From a virus (taxonomy: Duplodnaviria > Caudoviricetes), in the IMG/VR virus record IMGVR_UViG_3300038673_000220, positions 1-64,000 of that record: a DNA stretch of 64,000 nucleotides. One strand, given 5' to 3'. Numbering within the stretch: position 1 is the stretch's first letter; each line of letters opens with the position of its first letter. The position numbers and the translations under genes are program-made. Below, piece after piece: positions 19,712 through 28,894 of the stretch. The notes below the pieces were generated by a model. The model ran no database searches. It was not told the DNA's origin and worked only from the letters and a program-made list of their open reading frames with translations.

Positions 19712-20290
19712 ATGTCTAGGTGTACTTCACGTACACCTAGACATGATGGTATTAAATGAGAGTTGAATCAAAAACGGTGTCCGGCACAAACACAAAAACT
19801 AGGCGAACATGGCGTGAAGACCTAGTAAAATATTTAAGACCAACTCTCAAGGGTCCTAAAGAGGAATCTAGTTCCTCTCATTTTAAAAAATCATTGGCAT
19901 TACTATGCATAATATAGTTGATTCGATTTTTGCGGTTTTTGTAACACCCAGCAAGCATGTCGTCGACAGACATGCTTGCTGGGTGATTACTCCTAGAAGA
20001 GTTTCTTCAAATGTATTATTATCTCTATAGTGAGATGATCCTTTCGGATTAAAAAGATGAAACCGATCGAAAAATCGTCATCAACGCGAGAACGTTTAAA
20101 CATTTGTTTAATATACGAGTCCGTATGTTAAGTATTATTTCTAATACTTTCTATATTAGAGTCACTCAAAAAGTTGGTACCTTAGCTCAATGAGAGCTAA
20201 GGTACCTTTTGAGAGGAGAAAATGAAAACTATGAACCATCAATGTATTGATTGCCAGTAACGATTAAGCTGGACGAGTTCTTAATCGTAT
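19712..20290. other. intergenic region with several long hairpins, upstream of terL
   Basis: Stems at 19712-19744, 19757-19849, 19860-19878, 19941-19990 and 20176-20206. Confidence 0.6.
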
Positions 20291-20353
20291 CAATAAACTT
20301 CAGATTCACCATTCATAACATAGTAAATAATTAAATATTTTATTCATCTTATA

Positions 20354-20665
20354 ATGGAGGATGAATTTATGCATTATTTAGATAAAGCTGATTTATACGA
20401 GACGATGACGTTTAATAAACTAAAACAATTAGGTTCACAACTCGTCGTTGCCAATGTAACACGATCGAAATATCAACACGTTCTCATCAAACTCATAAAT
20501 GAATTGAGAGAGAATTATGGTAAATTAGAGGAAGCTCTTTTTATACATGACATGATTCAAGAGGTTGATAGTAAGACTATTAATGAGGTTGTTAAACAAA
20601 CAGATAATCTAGCGATAAAGCTTTACGAAGCTGATCAACTCTTTGATGATATGTTTAGCCCCTAA
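20354..20665 (+). CDS. hypothetical protein
   Basis: GGAGG before the second Met. Confidence 0.55.
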   Translation: MEDEFMHYLDKADLYETMTFNKLKQLGSQLVVANVTRSKYQHVLIKLINELRENYGKLEEALFIHDMIQEVDSKTINEVVKQTDNLAIKLYEADQLFDDMFSP

Positions 20666-21353
20666 GAAGATTCTCGATTGTTGAAGGTACATGAGTATTT
20701 TCATCAACCAAAGCTGATGTTATACCTTCAGATAAATACCCACCCATAATACGAGATGTTGTCGAAATAGGTCCATGACTTATCTGATGAAGAGGTACAA
20801 TTATTGGAGGCTTATCCATAAGTGTGTGTCGATAGAACTTGTAAGGATCTTTTGCATCTCTGAAGATATGAGCATAAATCATTTCAAAGATTGAGTGATT
20901 TACTTTGAGATTGATACCACAATGTTCTTGATCGTAATCAAACAATTGATAGATCTCATCGTAATTGAGAAATGGAGGAATCTTACCGTATGCTAAGAAC
21001 ATTACAAATATCTCATAAAGAAGATTACCATTCTTAACAAGTTGTGAGTTCGATATAAAGACACTATCTTTTATAAGCTCGAGAACGATGTATTTGAACC
21101 CATCTTCAGTCACGTTTTTATATGAAGTGAATTCTATATTCAACTTTCCTAAAAACAAGAAATTCGCATAAACGGCATCGTTGATACGGATTTGAAATAT
21201 ACCTAAGCTTGAGGCTATTTCACCAATCGTTAAAAGCTTTCGTTCTTGATAGATTTTAGGAATATAAACTTCTAACTTGTTTCCTTTAAAGATCCATTGA
21301 TTATTAATCAGTTCAAAATACTGAGATACATCATGAGTTCTTATAAGATCCAT
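20655..21353 (-). CDS. conserved jumbo-phage protein, possibly phiKZ gp176-like virion RNAP-associated subunit
   Basis: Size and position next to the prohead protease; LEVYIPK, GGYLSEGITSALV. Confidence 0.5.
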   Translation of the reverse strand: MDLIRTHDVSQYFELINNQWIFKGNKLEVYIPKIYQERKLLTIGEIASSLGIFQIRINDAVYANFLFLGKLNIEFTSYKNVTEDGFKYIVLELIKDSVFISNSQLVKNGNLLYEIFVMFLAYGKIPPFLNYDEIYQLFDYDQEHCGINLKVNHSIFEMIYAHIFRDAKDPYKFYRHTLMDKPPIIVPLHQISHGPISTTSRIMGGYLSEGITSALVDENTHVPSTIENLLRG

Positions 21354-21377
21354 AATTTACCTTACCCTTATTTGTAA

Positions 21378-21689
21378 ATGGATATTGTTTTTGTCAAATC
21401 ATATTATGACGACATTATTCATATTGGGGGTATTATGAGAAAAAACGATTTTCAAAGTTCGAATAATATATATCAAGTAGAATCTAATAAAGAGATCGTC
21501 GGAAATACATTGTATACTATTTGGCCGTATTTTGTGTTAGTATTAATAATAGGATTTTTTCTTTTTTCATTTTTAGTTTATAATAATTGGTTTATAAATT
21601 TGATATTATCAACATTGACAACTTACGAAACTTATATTGTATTAACAAGATTATTCAACAAACTCAATCAAAAAGGTGGTAGAGTATGA
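21378..21689 (+). CDS. two-TM membrane protein
   Basis: Hydrophobic helices; likely start ATG 21435. Confidence 0.5.
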   Translation: MDIVFVKSYYDDIIHIGGIMRKNDFQSSNNIYQVESNKEIVGNTLYTIWPYFVLVLIIGFFLFSFLVYNNWFINLILSTLTTYETYIVLTRLFNKLNQKGGRV

Positions 21690-22576
21690 GTGGTTTTATA
21701 GGAACCCCAGATAACAATGGAATTTATTTCAGTGTTACGACGATGGTCATTGATGATAATCGAACGTTGAAAAAACCGACTGTCGATAAAGATGGTTATT
21801 ATACTAATGTTCCAGCAGCAGTTCTTGGGAAAGTGAGTCGTAATAAAACATGTTACGATCCAGAATACTTCGTTAATCAATTGAAAGGACCTTCAACTTT
21901 TCATAAAAGAATAATCGAAGGTGTTGCAGCTGGAGAACATGGTCATCCATTTATACCTAATCCAAATTCATCAGAAGGACTAGCACGTTTACTTCATATT
22001 GAACCAACGCGTGAGTCTATCCATATTCGATCTGTAAGCGTTAAACACATCGAAGATCTTGGTATCGATGTTGTCCTTATGGACGTCAAACCAAGTGGTC
22101 CTTATGGTAAATATTTTGAAGAATCCATGATCGATCCTTCAAGGAATACTGCTTTTTCTTTAAGAGCCTTATCAAAAGCTCATCAGGATAGTAGAACAGG
22201 TATTATCCATAAGAAGATCGTATCGTTTGTTACATTCGACAGTTGTGTAGTTGGGTCTGGTTTTAAAGAGTCGACTAAACGTTATATGGATGCTTCACGA
22301 GAATTACTCGGGGCTGAAGATAATGAAGATATCAGCTGTGAAATCGTTGATAACATCAGCTGTGGTATTAATCCAGATGATCTCATCGTTTTGAGATCGA
22401 GATCATTTGAAACATTCACCGATGGTGAAATGAATGAAATCATCAAATCAAAACGTGTAACGATTTGTAATACTGAGATCGGTATCGTTAATAAAGATAA
22501 AGGTTTTATTGTCGACAATGAAGGAAACAATAAATCTTTATTTGGTACCTTCATGCAAGTCAAAGGGAGACATTAA
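21686..22576 (+). CDS. prohead (head maturation) protease, phiKZ gp175 / T4 gp21 type
   Basis: SRNKTCY, GEHGHP, HIRSV, PSGPYG, AFSLRA, VTFD. Confidence 0.88.
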   Translation: MSGFIGTPDNNGIYFSVTTMVIDDNRTLKKPTVDKDGYYTNVPAAVLGKVSRNKTCYDPEYFVNQLKGPSTFHKRIIEGVAAGEHGHPFIPNPNSSEGLARLLHIEPTRESIHIRSVSVKHIEDLGIDVVLMDVKPSGPYGKYFEESMIDPSRNTAFSLRALSKAHQDSRTGIIHKKIVSFVTFDSCVVGSGFKESTKRYMDASRELLGAEDNEDISCEIVDNISCGINPDDLIVLRSRSFETFTDGEMNEIIKSKRVTICNTEIGIVNKDKGFIVDNEGNNKSLFGTFMQVKGRH

Positions 22577-23226
22577 TGAAAAAGAAATTGTTTCTTCTTA
22601 ATCAATTCAGTAATATGAGTACTGAAGAAAAACCGATATCTCCAGTAAGTGAAGCTGAAAAAGATACTTCAGGTTTTGTTGCTGATAAATACGTTTCTTA
22701 CAAACTTAATGAAGAAAGAAAACGATTGGATATTTGGATATTCGGCGTGATTCAATCTATCTCTCAATTCACCAAGGTCATTTCTCTTTTTCATACTCTA
22801 ACTGAAGAGTATAAAATAATTATCCATTTACATACGCCAGGTGGTTCTATTGATGTAACTGATCACATCTTAACTGCAATGAGCAGATGTAAAGCTGAGA
22901 TCATTACACATAATCTAGGAATGGCTGCTTCATGCGGATCGCTTATATTGACATTTGGAGACAAAATAGCTATTGAAGATCTATCGATAACTATGTTTCA
23001 TAATGCAATACATGGTGGAAAAGATTCCTTACATAAAGCTAAAGTTCAAGTCGATCATACTGTTAATCGAGTAGCTTTGATTTTCAAACGTCTCATATCT
23101 CGTGGTATTATAACGAAAGATGAAGCCACGCGTATTGTTGATCATGGTGACGAGTTCTTCATTCCAAGTAATATCATCATATCTCGTTTGAAAGAAAACA
23201 ATCTTCTTTATGAAGGGGAATTATAA
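22576..23226 (+). CDS. ClpP-like serine protease
   Basis: HLHTPGGS, GMAASCGS (catalytic Ser), TMFH (catalytic His). Confidence 0.85.
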   Translation: MKKKLFLLNQFSNMSTEEKPISPVSEAEKDTSGFVADKYVSYKLNEERKRLDIWIFGVIQSISQFTKVISLFHTLTEEYKIIIHLHTPGGSIDVTDHILTAMSRCKAEIITHNLGMAASCGSLILTFGDKIAIEDLSITMFHNAIHGGKDSLHKAKVQVDHTVNRVALIFKRLISRGIITKDEATRIVDHGDEFFIPSNIIISRLKENNLLYEGEL

Positions 23227-23966
23227 TGGAAAATTTACAACCATTTGAAGTAGTACAGTTACGAGATGAATTGATGAATGGTAATGATTTGTCTTTAGAA
23301 GGTATCTTTTCGAATCTAGATATCCCCATCGATAATTTGTCAAACATCACCGATTTCAAAACTGGTGTGAGCAAGTTCTCTATGTCAAAGCTTCTTAATG
23401 ATGAAGGTTATGAATATAAAAAGCATATTCCATCGTTCATTGCTGTAGATTCTGATAAAGAACAAACGATCATCATTGATGATTTTCTCATGTTCAACAT
23501 CATGTTTGGAGATTATGAGGTTATCAACAAGTTCTTAAAACAACTCACCGATATTTCTGAAGATAACGTAGTGAATATTATTATAAGTATTTCACTTTGT
23601 CAAGTTAATTTTCAAGCTATCGATGCAGCAACTTTTATTCGAAACTCAATAAGTAATATTAAAGCTAAAAAGATCATGAGTTTTGGATCTGAAACATCAT
23701 TAATTGAACTCCTTATAGGAACTTGTTGTGATGACATCTATATATCGGATTTTGCATCTATCATTATAAATCACTCTGTTAATTTCAATAAGATATCTGA
23801 ATTTTTATCACCCGTATTTCAACAATTCATTGAATTTACATGCGATTTCTGGATGAAACGTGGATTATTCACAGAAGACGAATGTAAACAAATCGTCGAT
23901 AAGAATAATTCTTTTACTGTTAGTATCTTTAGTGACGATATCAAAAACCGAATGCTTCAAAAATAA
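23226..23966 (+). CDS. divergent ClpP-fold paralog, probably inactive
   Basis: LIGTCCDDIYISDFASIIINH aligns by eye with LILTFGDKIAIEDLSITMFH upstream; AAS and PGG motifs missing. Confidence 0.5.
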   Translation: MENLQPFEVVQLRDELMNGNDLSLEGIFSNLDIPIDNLSNITDFKTGVSKFSMSKLLNDEGYEYKKHIPSFIAVDSDKEQTIIIDDFLMFNIMFGDYEVINKFLKQLTDISEDNVVNIIISISLCQVNFQAIDAATFIRNSISNIKAKKIMSFGSETSLIELLIGTCCDDIYISDFASIIINHSVNFNKISEFLSPVFQQFIEFTCDFWMKRGLFTEDECKQIVDKNNSFTVSIFSDDIKNRMLQK

Positions 23967-23968
23967 AT

Positions 23969-24006
23969 AAAAGATCATCTCAGCTTAGATGCTGAGATGA
24001 TCTTTT
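23969..24006. terminator. terminator between convergent genes
   Basis: AAAAGATCATCTCAGC-loop-GCTGAGATGATCTTTT. Confidence 0.85.
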
Positions 24007-26517
24007 TTATAAATAAGAAATCTTTACGTTATCATTATACGTATCAGGTAGTGTTATATTCGCTGGATCGAGAACAATAACATTACCAGTATGAGATAAT
24101 TGCTCAACCATTAACTGGTTATGAATACTTACAAAAAGCTGTTCGATGATTCCAGACTTTTCTAGATTGAGAAGCATTGCTGTTAAACGCTGCTTATGAG
24201 TTTCATCAAGCGTCCTATCGTATTCATCGCAATAGATAGGGAATTTATTGAATTTGAGTTCAATGATCATAGCCAGATTGAAAGCTAGTTGAATGATAGC
24301 TTTTTGTCCTTCAGAACAAGATGAAATATCCTTAGCTGGTACTTCATCTTTAATAATGATTGGAAATTGAAAAGAGCAATCCTCATCTTTCTCTATCGGT
24401 ATGAGCTGAAGACGATACGTCCAAACTTCATTAATGAAATAATTAGCTATTTCAATAATGTTATTTACGAAATTCTTTGTGTACTTAACTGGCAATTCAG
24501 CTAAGCTTTTCTCAACGAATTTAGTTTTCTCAAACTTAGGTTTGATATCAGATATAACTGAATCGATCTCTGTATCTAAACGAGCTAATAAAAGCTCTTG
24601 TTCTTTACAGATATTCGTTATATCTAGAAGTTCAGATCGTACTGTATTTAACTTCGATCCTAAGATGTTTATAAGGTTCGTCAAATACTTACGACTAAGT
24701 ATCATCGATGTCTTATTTTTAAGATCCGATACTCTATACAGGAGATCCTTAGAAGCGTCTTTTTTGATTTTAAAATCGTTGAGTACCTTAAGTTCCTGAG
24801 AGATTTTTTCAATGCTCCCAGATTGGTTCGTATGACGACTTCTTAGGGATGAGAGCTCTTTAGAACGTCTCTCGATAGTTGCTTCAATGGCTTCAACTGA
24901 AACCTGTTTTTTAGATTCGATGGATGCATTCAGAACCTCCAGTTCATGGATACGTTTCTTAATATCTTCATATTCATGGAATAATTGACTATCAGTAACG
25001 TATTTGACGATATCATTATAAACACCCATAGGTGATTGATTCGATCGATCAACGATTTGCTCATAAGAGAATATGTTTTTTAAAAAATCAACACCTCGTA
25101 TTAACACTAATACTTTTTGAAGGATCGCACTTATCTTGATCTGGATATCATATGCTGATTTCTTTTCATCAATACAACGCTTCAACTCCTCAACGATTGG
25201 AGTTTTTTCATTAATGATATTAGAAACATTATCGAGTTCCTGTTTATGAGTTGATTGGTGATCTTGATAACTTTGAAAGAGTTCGCATGAGTTTTTACTA
25301 CAATTATCAGGAATAAAATAATCACGTATTATCTTGAGCAATCTCTCTTTTTTTGAGATAGCTTGATTTAAGATCATAAGTTCATTATCAAGCTTGAACT
25401 TAAGATCTAAGGATTCCTGATAAAGTACTTGGATCTCTTTATCATGTAAGATAGTCTTATATTCCAAATAAGTCATCTCGACAAGGAGTGACATGATATT
25501 TGATAAGGTACTATTTACATGAGGGATTGTGTTTTTATTGATAGGATTAAATCCTTCTACAAAGTTGAACTTATTCACCTTCTCATAAAGATTTTTTAAT
25601 TCAACATTCACATCTGAATCATTCATTATAAGAAGACCTTTCTCTGATTCAGCTTTATCTATAATCTCAACCAATTTACTTATGTTGGATTCAGTCTCAG
25701 CTATGTCGTCAGATATCATAACTATCTTAACACTTAATTCGGTGATGAGTTGTTCGAAGGTTGATCTATCAATATCTCTATACTGAGAAACAGTTTTATA
25801 TAAAGATTGTATCTCTTCTCCAAAAGATTGGTTGTGAACACCGTTAACATCTGGATATTTATCCAATTCAGATCGTACAGAAGTTATCCAAATCAAAAGG
25901 ATCTTCTCTTGATTATCAAGGATGTTTTTTCTCTCAAGCATATCCTTGTATTGTTCTTCAGGGATCTTTTTCGTTAAAAGCTGTTTTTGACGAGCATATA
26001 AACGATCCAGATTATTCCCATATGCGATAACATCTTTATGCACCTTCTGATACTTTTCTAAAAATAAACTGATGTCTATTGGATTCATGTTCATCAGTAT
26101 TTTTTTACGCACAGATGGAGCTATATCACAAATAGGTAAGGAGCATTTCAGAATATTATGGATATCATTCGTTATACCAAAATGCTCTTTGATGAGTTCT
26201 CTTTGAATCTCATTCGTACCACTGATATTGAGATTGGTCTCTTCTTTAAAGAAGCTATGACCATTCTCCATATCGTAGGTTAATCTGTAATTGATACCAT
26301 TGTGACTTAATGATAATGATTTATAACCATGTTTTCCGTAACTTGATTTGATTGGTGGGAATGGGAACAATTCGTGGAGTAGCGTACTTTTACCAGATCC
26401 GTTGGATCCTATGATGAGTTGAATTTCTTGATCCGTATCTATGTCGATTTCGTATATCCTACTTACACGCAAACGGATATGGTCGCATAAAGAAAGGTGA
26501 GTTATTTTCATAGTCAT
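24007..26517 (-). CDS. sbcC: SbcC/Rad50-like SMC ATPase
   Basis: Walker A GSNGSGKS, long coiled coil with central CSKNSC, signature SCSEGQ, Walker B YCDEYD. Confidence 0.9.
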   Translation of the reverse strand: MTMKITHLSLCDHIRLRVSRIYEIDIDTDQEIQLIIGSNGSGKSTLLHELFPFPPIKSSYGKHGYKSLSLSHNGINYRLTYDMENGHSFFKEETNLNISGTNEIQRELIKEHFGITNDIHNILKCSLPICDIAPSVRKKILMNMNPIDISLFLEKYQKVHKDVIAYGNNLDRLYARQKQLLTKKIPEEQYKDMLERKNILDNQEKILLIWITSVRSELDKYPDVNGVHNQSFGEEIQSLYKTVSQYRDIDRSTFEQLITELSVKIVMISDDIAETESNISKLVEIIDKAESEKGLLIMNDSDVNVELKNLYEKVNKFNFVEGFNPINKNTIPHVNSTLSNIMSLLVEMTYLEYKTILHDKEIQVLYQESLDLKFKLDNELMILNQAISKKERLLKIIRDYFIPDNCSKNSCELFQSYQDHQSTHKQELDNVSNIINEKTPIVEELKRCIDEKKSAYDIQIKISAILQKVLVLIRGVDFLKNIFSYEQIVDRSNQSPMGVYNDIVKYVTDSQLFHEYEDIKKRIHELEVLNASIESKKQVSVEAIEATIERRSKELSSLRSRHTNQSGSIEKISQELKVLNDFKIKKDASKDLLYRVSDLKNKTSMILSRKYLTNLINILGSKLNTVRSELLDITNICKEQELLLARLDTEIDSVISDIKPKFEKTKFVEKSLAELPVKYTKNFVNNIIEIANYFINEVWTYRLQLIPIEKDEDCSFQFPIIIKDEVPAKDISSCSEGQKAIIQLAFNLAMIIELKFNKFPIYCDEYDRTLDETHKQRLTAMLLNLEKSGIIEQLFVSIHNQLMVEQLSHTGNVIVLDPANITLPDTYNDNVKISYL

Positions 26518-26589
26518 GTATATTAAAATATTTGTTTACGATATAATGATTTCTTCTACATGATGGATAAATTTTATATTTTTTAACCA

Positions 26590-27363
26590 ATGGAATCAAC
26601 TATGAATACATACAATGTATCTGTTAAAGAAAAAAAATTCATAAAGACGAAAGCTTCCAATATACTTGTCCAGACAGTTATTTACAATGTCAATGATCAT
26701 GATAACATAAATGTACCACTAATGACATCAGCCAATATTATACTTCCAGACATTTTTGAACTTTATACAAAAAGTGAGATAGAGGAAGAATCTGAACAAT
26801 TTGTTATTCAATCGATATCAAGTACTGTTGATAAAATATCCATTAAAAGACATGATTTAGCTGAATGCCCTGTCTGTGGTGCATCAGTAATAGTCATTGA
26901 TAATCATGTAGTGTGTCTTAATCTTGATTGTTGTGCTACAGTTGACCTTATTAAGATACGAATGGTGAATATGTTTCCGAATCTCCCAATGCGGATGATG
27001 ATGGATCTTGTAGAATACGTTTTTAATAACTTCGAATTAGAATGCTCATTCATAGGAGTTATTCGACACATTATGAATCATTGTGATGAATATTTCCATG
27101 AGTTTGAAACTCTAACTAGTATGATAGTTGACAGTCTTCGAGATGTTCATCTTGAATGGTTCTTTTATGCGACTATAGGACGACCTTTACCTGAAGAATT
27201 AAGTCTTATTGTAAAAAAATATTCTGATAAGTTGATATATATGATAGAAGATTACTATAACGACCTTTCCAAAATCAAAAACATGTCTCAAAGATCTTTA
27301 GCTCTTTGTAAGCTATCGATTGCTTCAAATAAGGAATTCGTTGAGCTGGTATCAAATATCTGA
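26590..27363 (+). CDS. protein resembling the zinc-finger region of NAD-dependent DNA ligase
   Basis: IILPDI...CPVCGA...CLNLDC; no KxDG adenylation motif. Confidence 0.45.
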   Translation: MESTMNTYNVSVKEKKFIKTKASNILVQTVIYNVNDHDNINVPLMTSANIILPDIFELYTKSEIEEESEQFVIQSISSTVDKISIKRHDLAECPVCGASVIVIDNHVVCLNLDCCATVDLIKIRMVNMFPNLPMRMMMDLVEYVFNNFELECSFIGVIRHIMNHCDEYFHEFETLTSMIVDSLRDVHLEWFFYATIGRPLPEELSLIVKKYSDKLIYMIEDYYNDLSKIKNMSQRSLALCKLSIASNKEFVELVSNI

Positions 27364-27381
27364 TCCAAAATTCAGATATAT

Positions 27382-28773
27382 ATCATACTAAGAAGATGAC
27401 CCTTTCCTTTAGGTGAGGGGGTACTGAGAATCATAAATTATCCATACAGAACGCATAATCCAAAAGGATCAATCATGAACCTAACAGCTCAGGTAAAACT
27501 GGAGCCTGATGCTGATCAGGCTTTATCATTAACTCGAACCATGCAGCTCTTTAATGATGCTTGCAACTTTGTAGCTAAATTAGCTTTTAAGCGTAAAGTA
27601 TACCATCCAGTAGCGTTGCACAATCTCAAGATCAGCGACAGCACACTTTATTACCATCTTAGAGCTACTTATCCAAAGCTCAATTCGATACAAATCGAAC
27701 TGGTTTTTCGTAAGGTGGCTGATGCTTATAAAACACGCTTAAAACGCTTAAAGAAGAGGAAGAAGCTAAAGCATCCTTGCAGGTTCAAAGAGATGAGCAG
27801 CATTCCTTATAATCATCTTATCAGTAACTATAAGCTTATCGTAGCTTCGGCTGGAGATAGAGCAATCACTCCACACCTTTCAGTCGTTTTAGTTGACGAT
27901 GCTCGATACAAACGTTCTAAGATCGATTACATCGTAGCTGATCATCAGCGTAAGATATTAGCTAACGCTGTTCCTGGAACGTTTGGCGGAGAATCGCGGA
28001 TCTCATTCCGAAAAGGCGCTTTTTATATCAACATCCCAGTGGAGCAATGCGTTGCTCCAGAAGCTATCGATCCGATCAGATCGATTGGAGTGGATCTTGG
28101 AGTAGTGAATATCGCAACTACTTCGTATGGTAAGATCTTCAGTGGAGAGCTTATCGAAAATAAGCGGTTGAAGTTCCAGAAGCATCGATCTTCATTACAA
28201 AAGTGTGGATCGAAATCAGCTAAGCGTCGGTTGAAGTCAGTAGCTGGTAAAGAAGCACGTTTTCGCAAAGATCTCAATCATTGCATCAGTAAAGAGCTCG
28301 TTGTTGCGGCTAAAGGCACAAGTTCACGGATCGTGTTGGAGGATCTCACCAACATCCGAGAACAGACAACGGTTAGGAAGCAGCAACGAGCTCGTCATCA
28401 TGGTTGGAGTTTTGCTCAATTACGTGAGTTCATCGGCTACAAAGCAGCTATGGCTCAAGTGGAAGTTAAGGTTGTGGATCCGAGCTACACGAGCCAAAGA
28501 TGCAATAACTGCGGAAGCATCAGTCGATCGAACCGAAGAAATCAGTTCCGATTCAGCTGCAAAAGTTGCGGTCATGATGCTCATGCAGATTACAACGCCG
28601 CTTGCAATCTAGCTTGGTTAGGAGATAATGGTGCTGAACGATTCGTTAAGGATGAGTTGATGCACTAAAGACTATGTTGGGGCTGTAACTGTCAACCAGC
28701 CTTATGTAGGGGTGCTATCGGAGCAATGATAGAGCTACTTACAAGCCTCTTCCTTTAGGTGGAGGTTGTTGAC
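27382..28773 (+). mobile_element. non-autonomous IS200/IS605 (IS1341-type) element, copy 1
   Basis: Appears identical to 45896..47287; left hairpin CCCTTTCC-TTTA-GGTGAGGG, right hairpin CCTCTTCC-TTTA-GGTGGAGG, ends in TTGAC; no TSD, no tnpA; left end is 27382 or 27384. Confidence 0.9.
27475..28668 (+). CDS. tnpB: TnpB RNA-guided endonuclease
   Basis: RuvC triad GVDLG / VLEDL / ADYNAA; TSQRCNNCG...CKSCG zinc finger. Confidence 0.95.
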   Translation: MNLTAQVKLEPDADQALSLTRTMQLFNDACNFVAKLAFKRKVYHPVALHNLKISDSTLYYHLRATYPKLNSIQIELVFRKVADAYKTRLKRLKKRKKLKHPCRFKEMSSIPYNHLISNYKLIVASAGDRAITPHLSVVLVDDARYKRSKIDYIVADHQRKILANAVPGTFGGESRISFRKGAFYINIPVEQCVAPEAIDPIRSIGVDLGVVNIATTSYGKIFSGELIENKRLKFQKHRSSLQKCGSKSAKRRLKSVAGKEARFRKDLNHCISKELVVAAKGTSSRIVLEDLTNIREQTTVRKQQRARHHGWSFAQLREFIGYKAAMAQVEVKVVDPSYTSQRCNNCGSISRSNRRNQFRFSCKSCGHDAHADYNAACNLAWLGDNGAERFVKDELMH

Positions 28774-28793
28774 CATTTAGTTGATATAAAGAA
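28600..28793 (+). ncRNA. putative TnpB omegaRNA/reRNA; guide CATTTAGTTGATATAAAGAA (28774-28793)
   Basis: Structured right end of the element; the two copies diverge right after TTGAC; 5' boundary approximate. Confidence 0.7.
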
Positions 28794-28894
28794 GATACCA
28801 TTGAGACGATATGGTAGGACTTCTTTGTTTATTATTTTACAAAGATGATGTTAATGTGGCCGAATAAACGGTAAATTCAAATGAGGAGAAAATC

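Noticed and set aside
19700-20350. tRNA genes
   Set aside because: No cloverleaf or T-arm (GTTCRA) context recognised
28301-28612. Alternative-frame ORF inside tnpB (also 46815..47126)
   Set aside because: Fully overlaps tnpB; no RBS and no HUH/Y1 motif, so not TnpA
27475-28668. Cas12f or nuclease-dead TldR
   Set aside because: No CRISPR array, IS end hairpins present, and the catalytic D/E/D residues are intact
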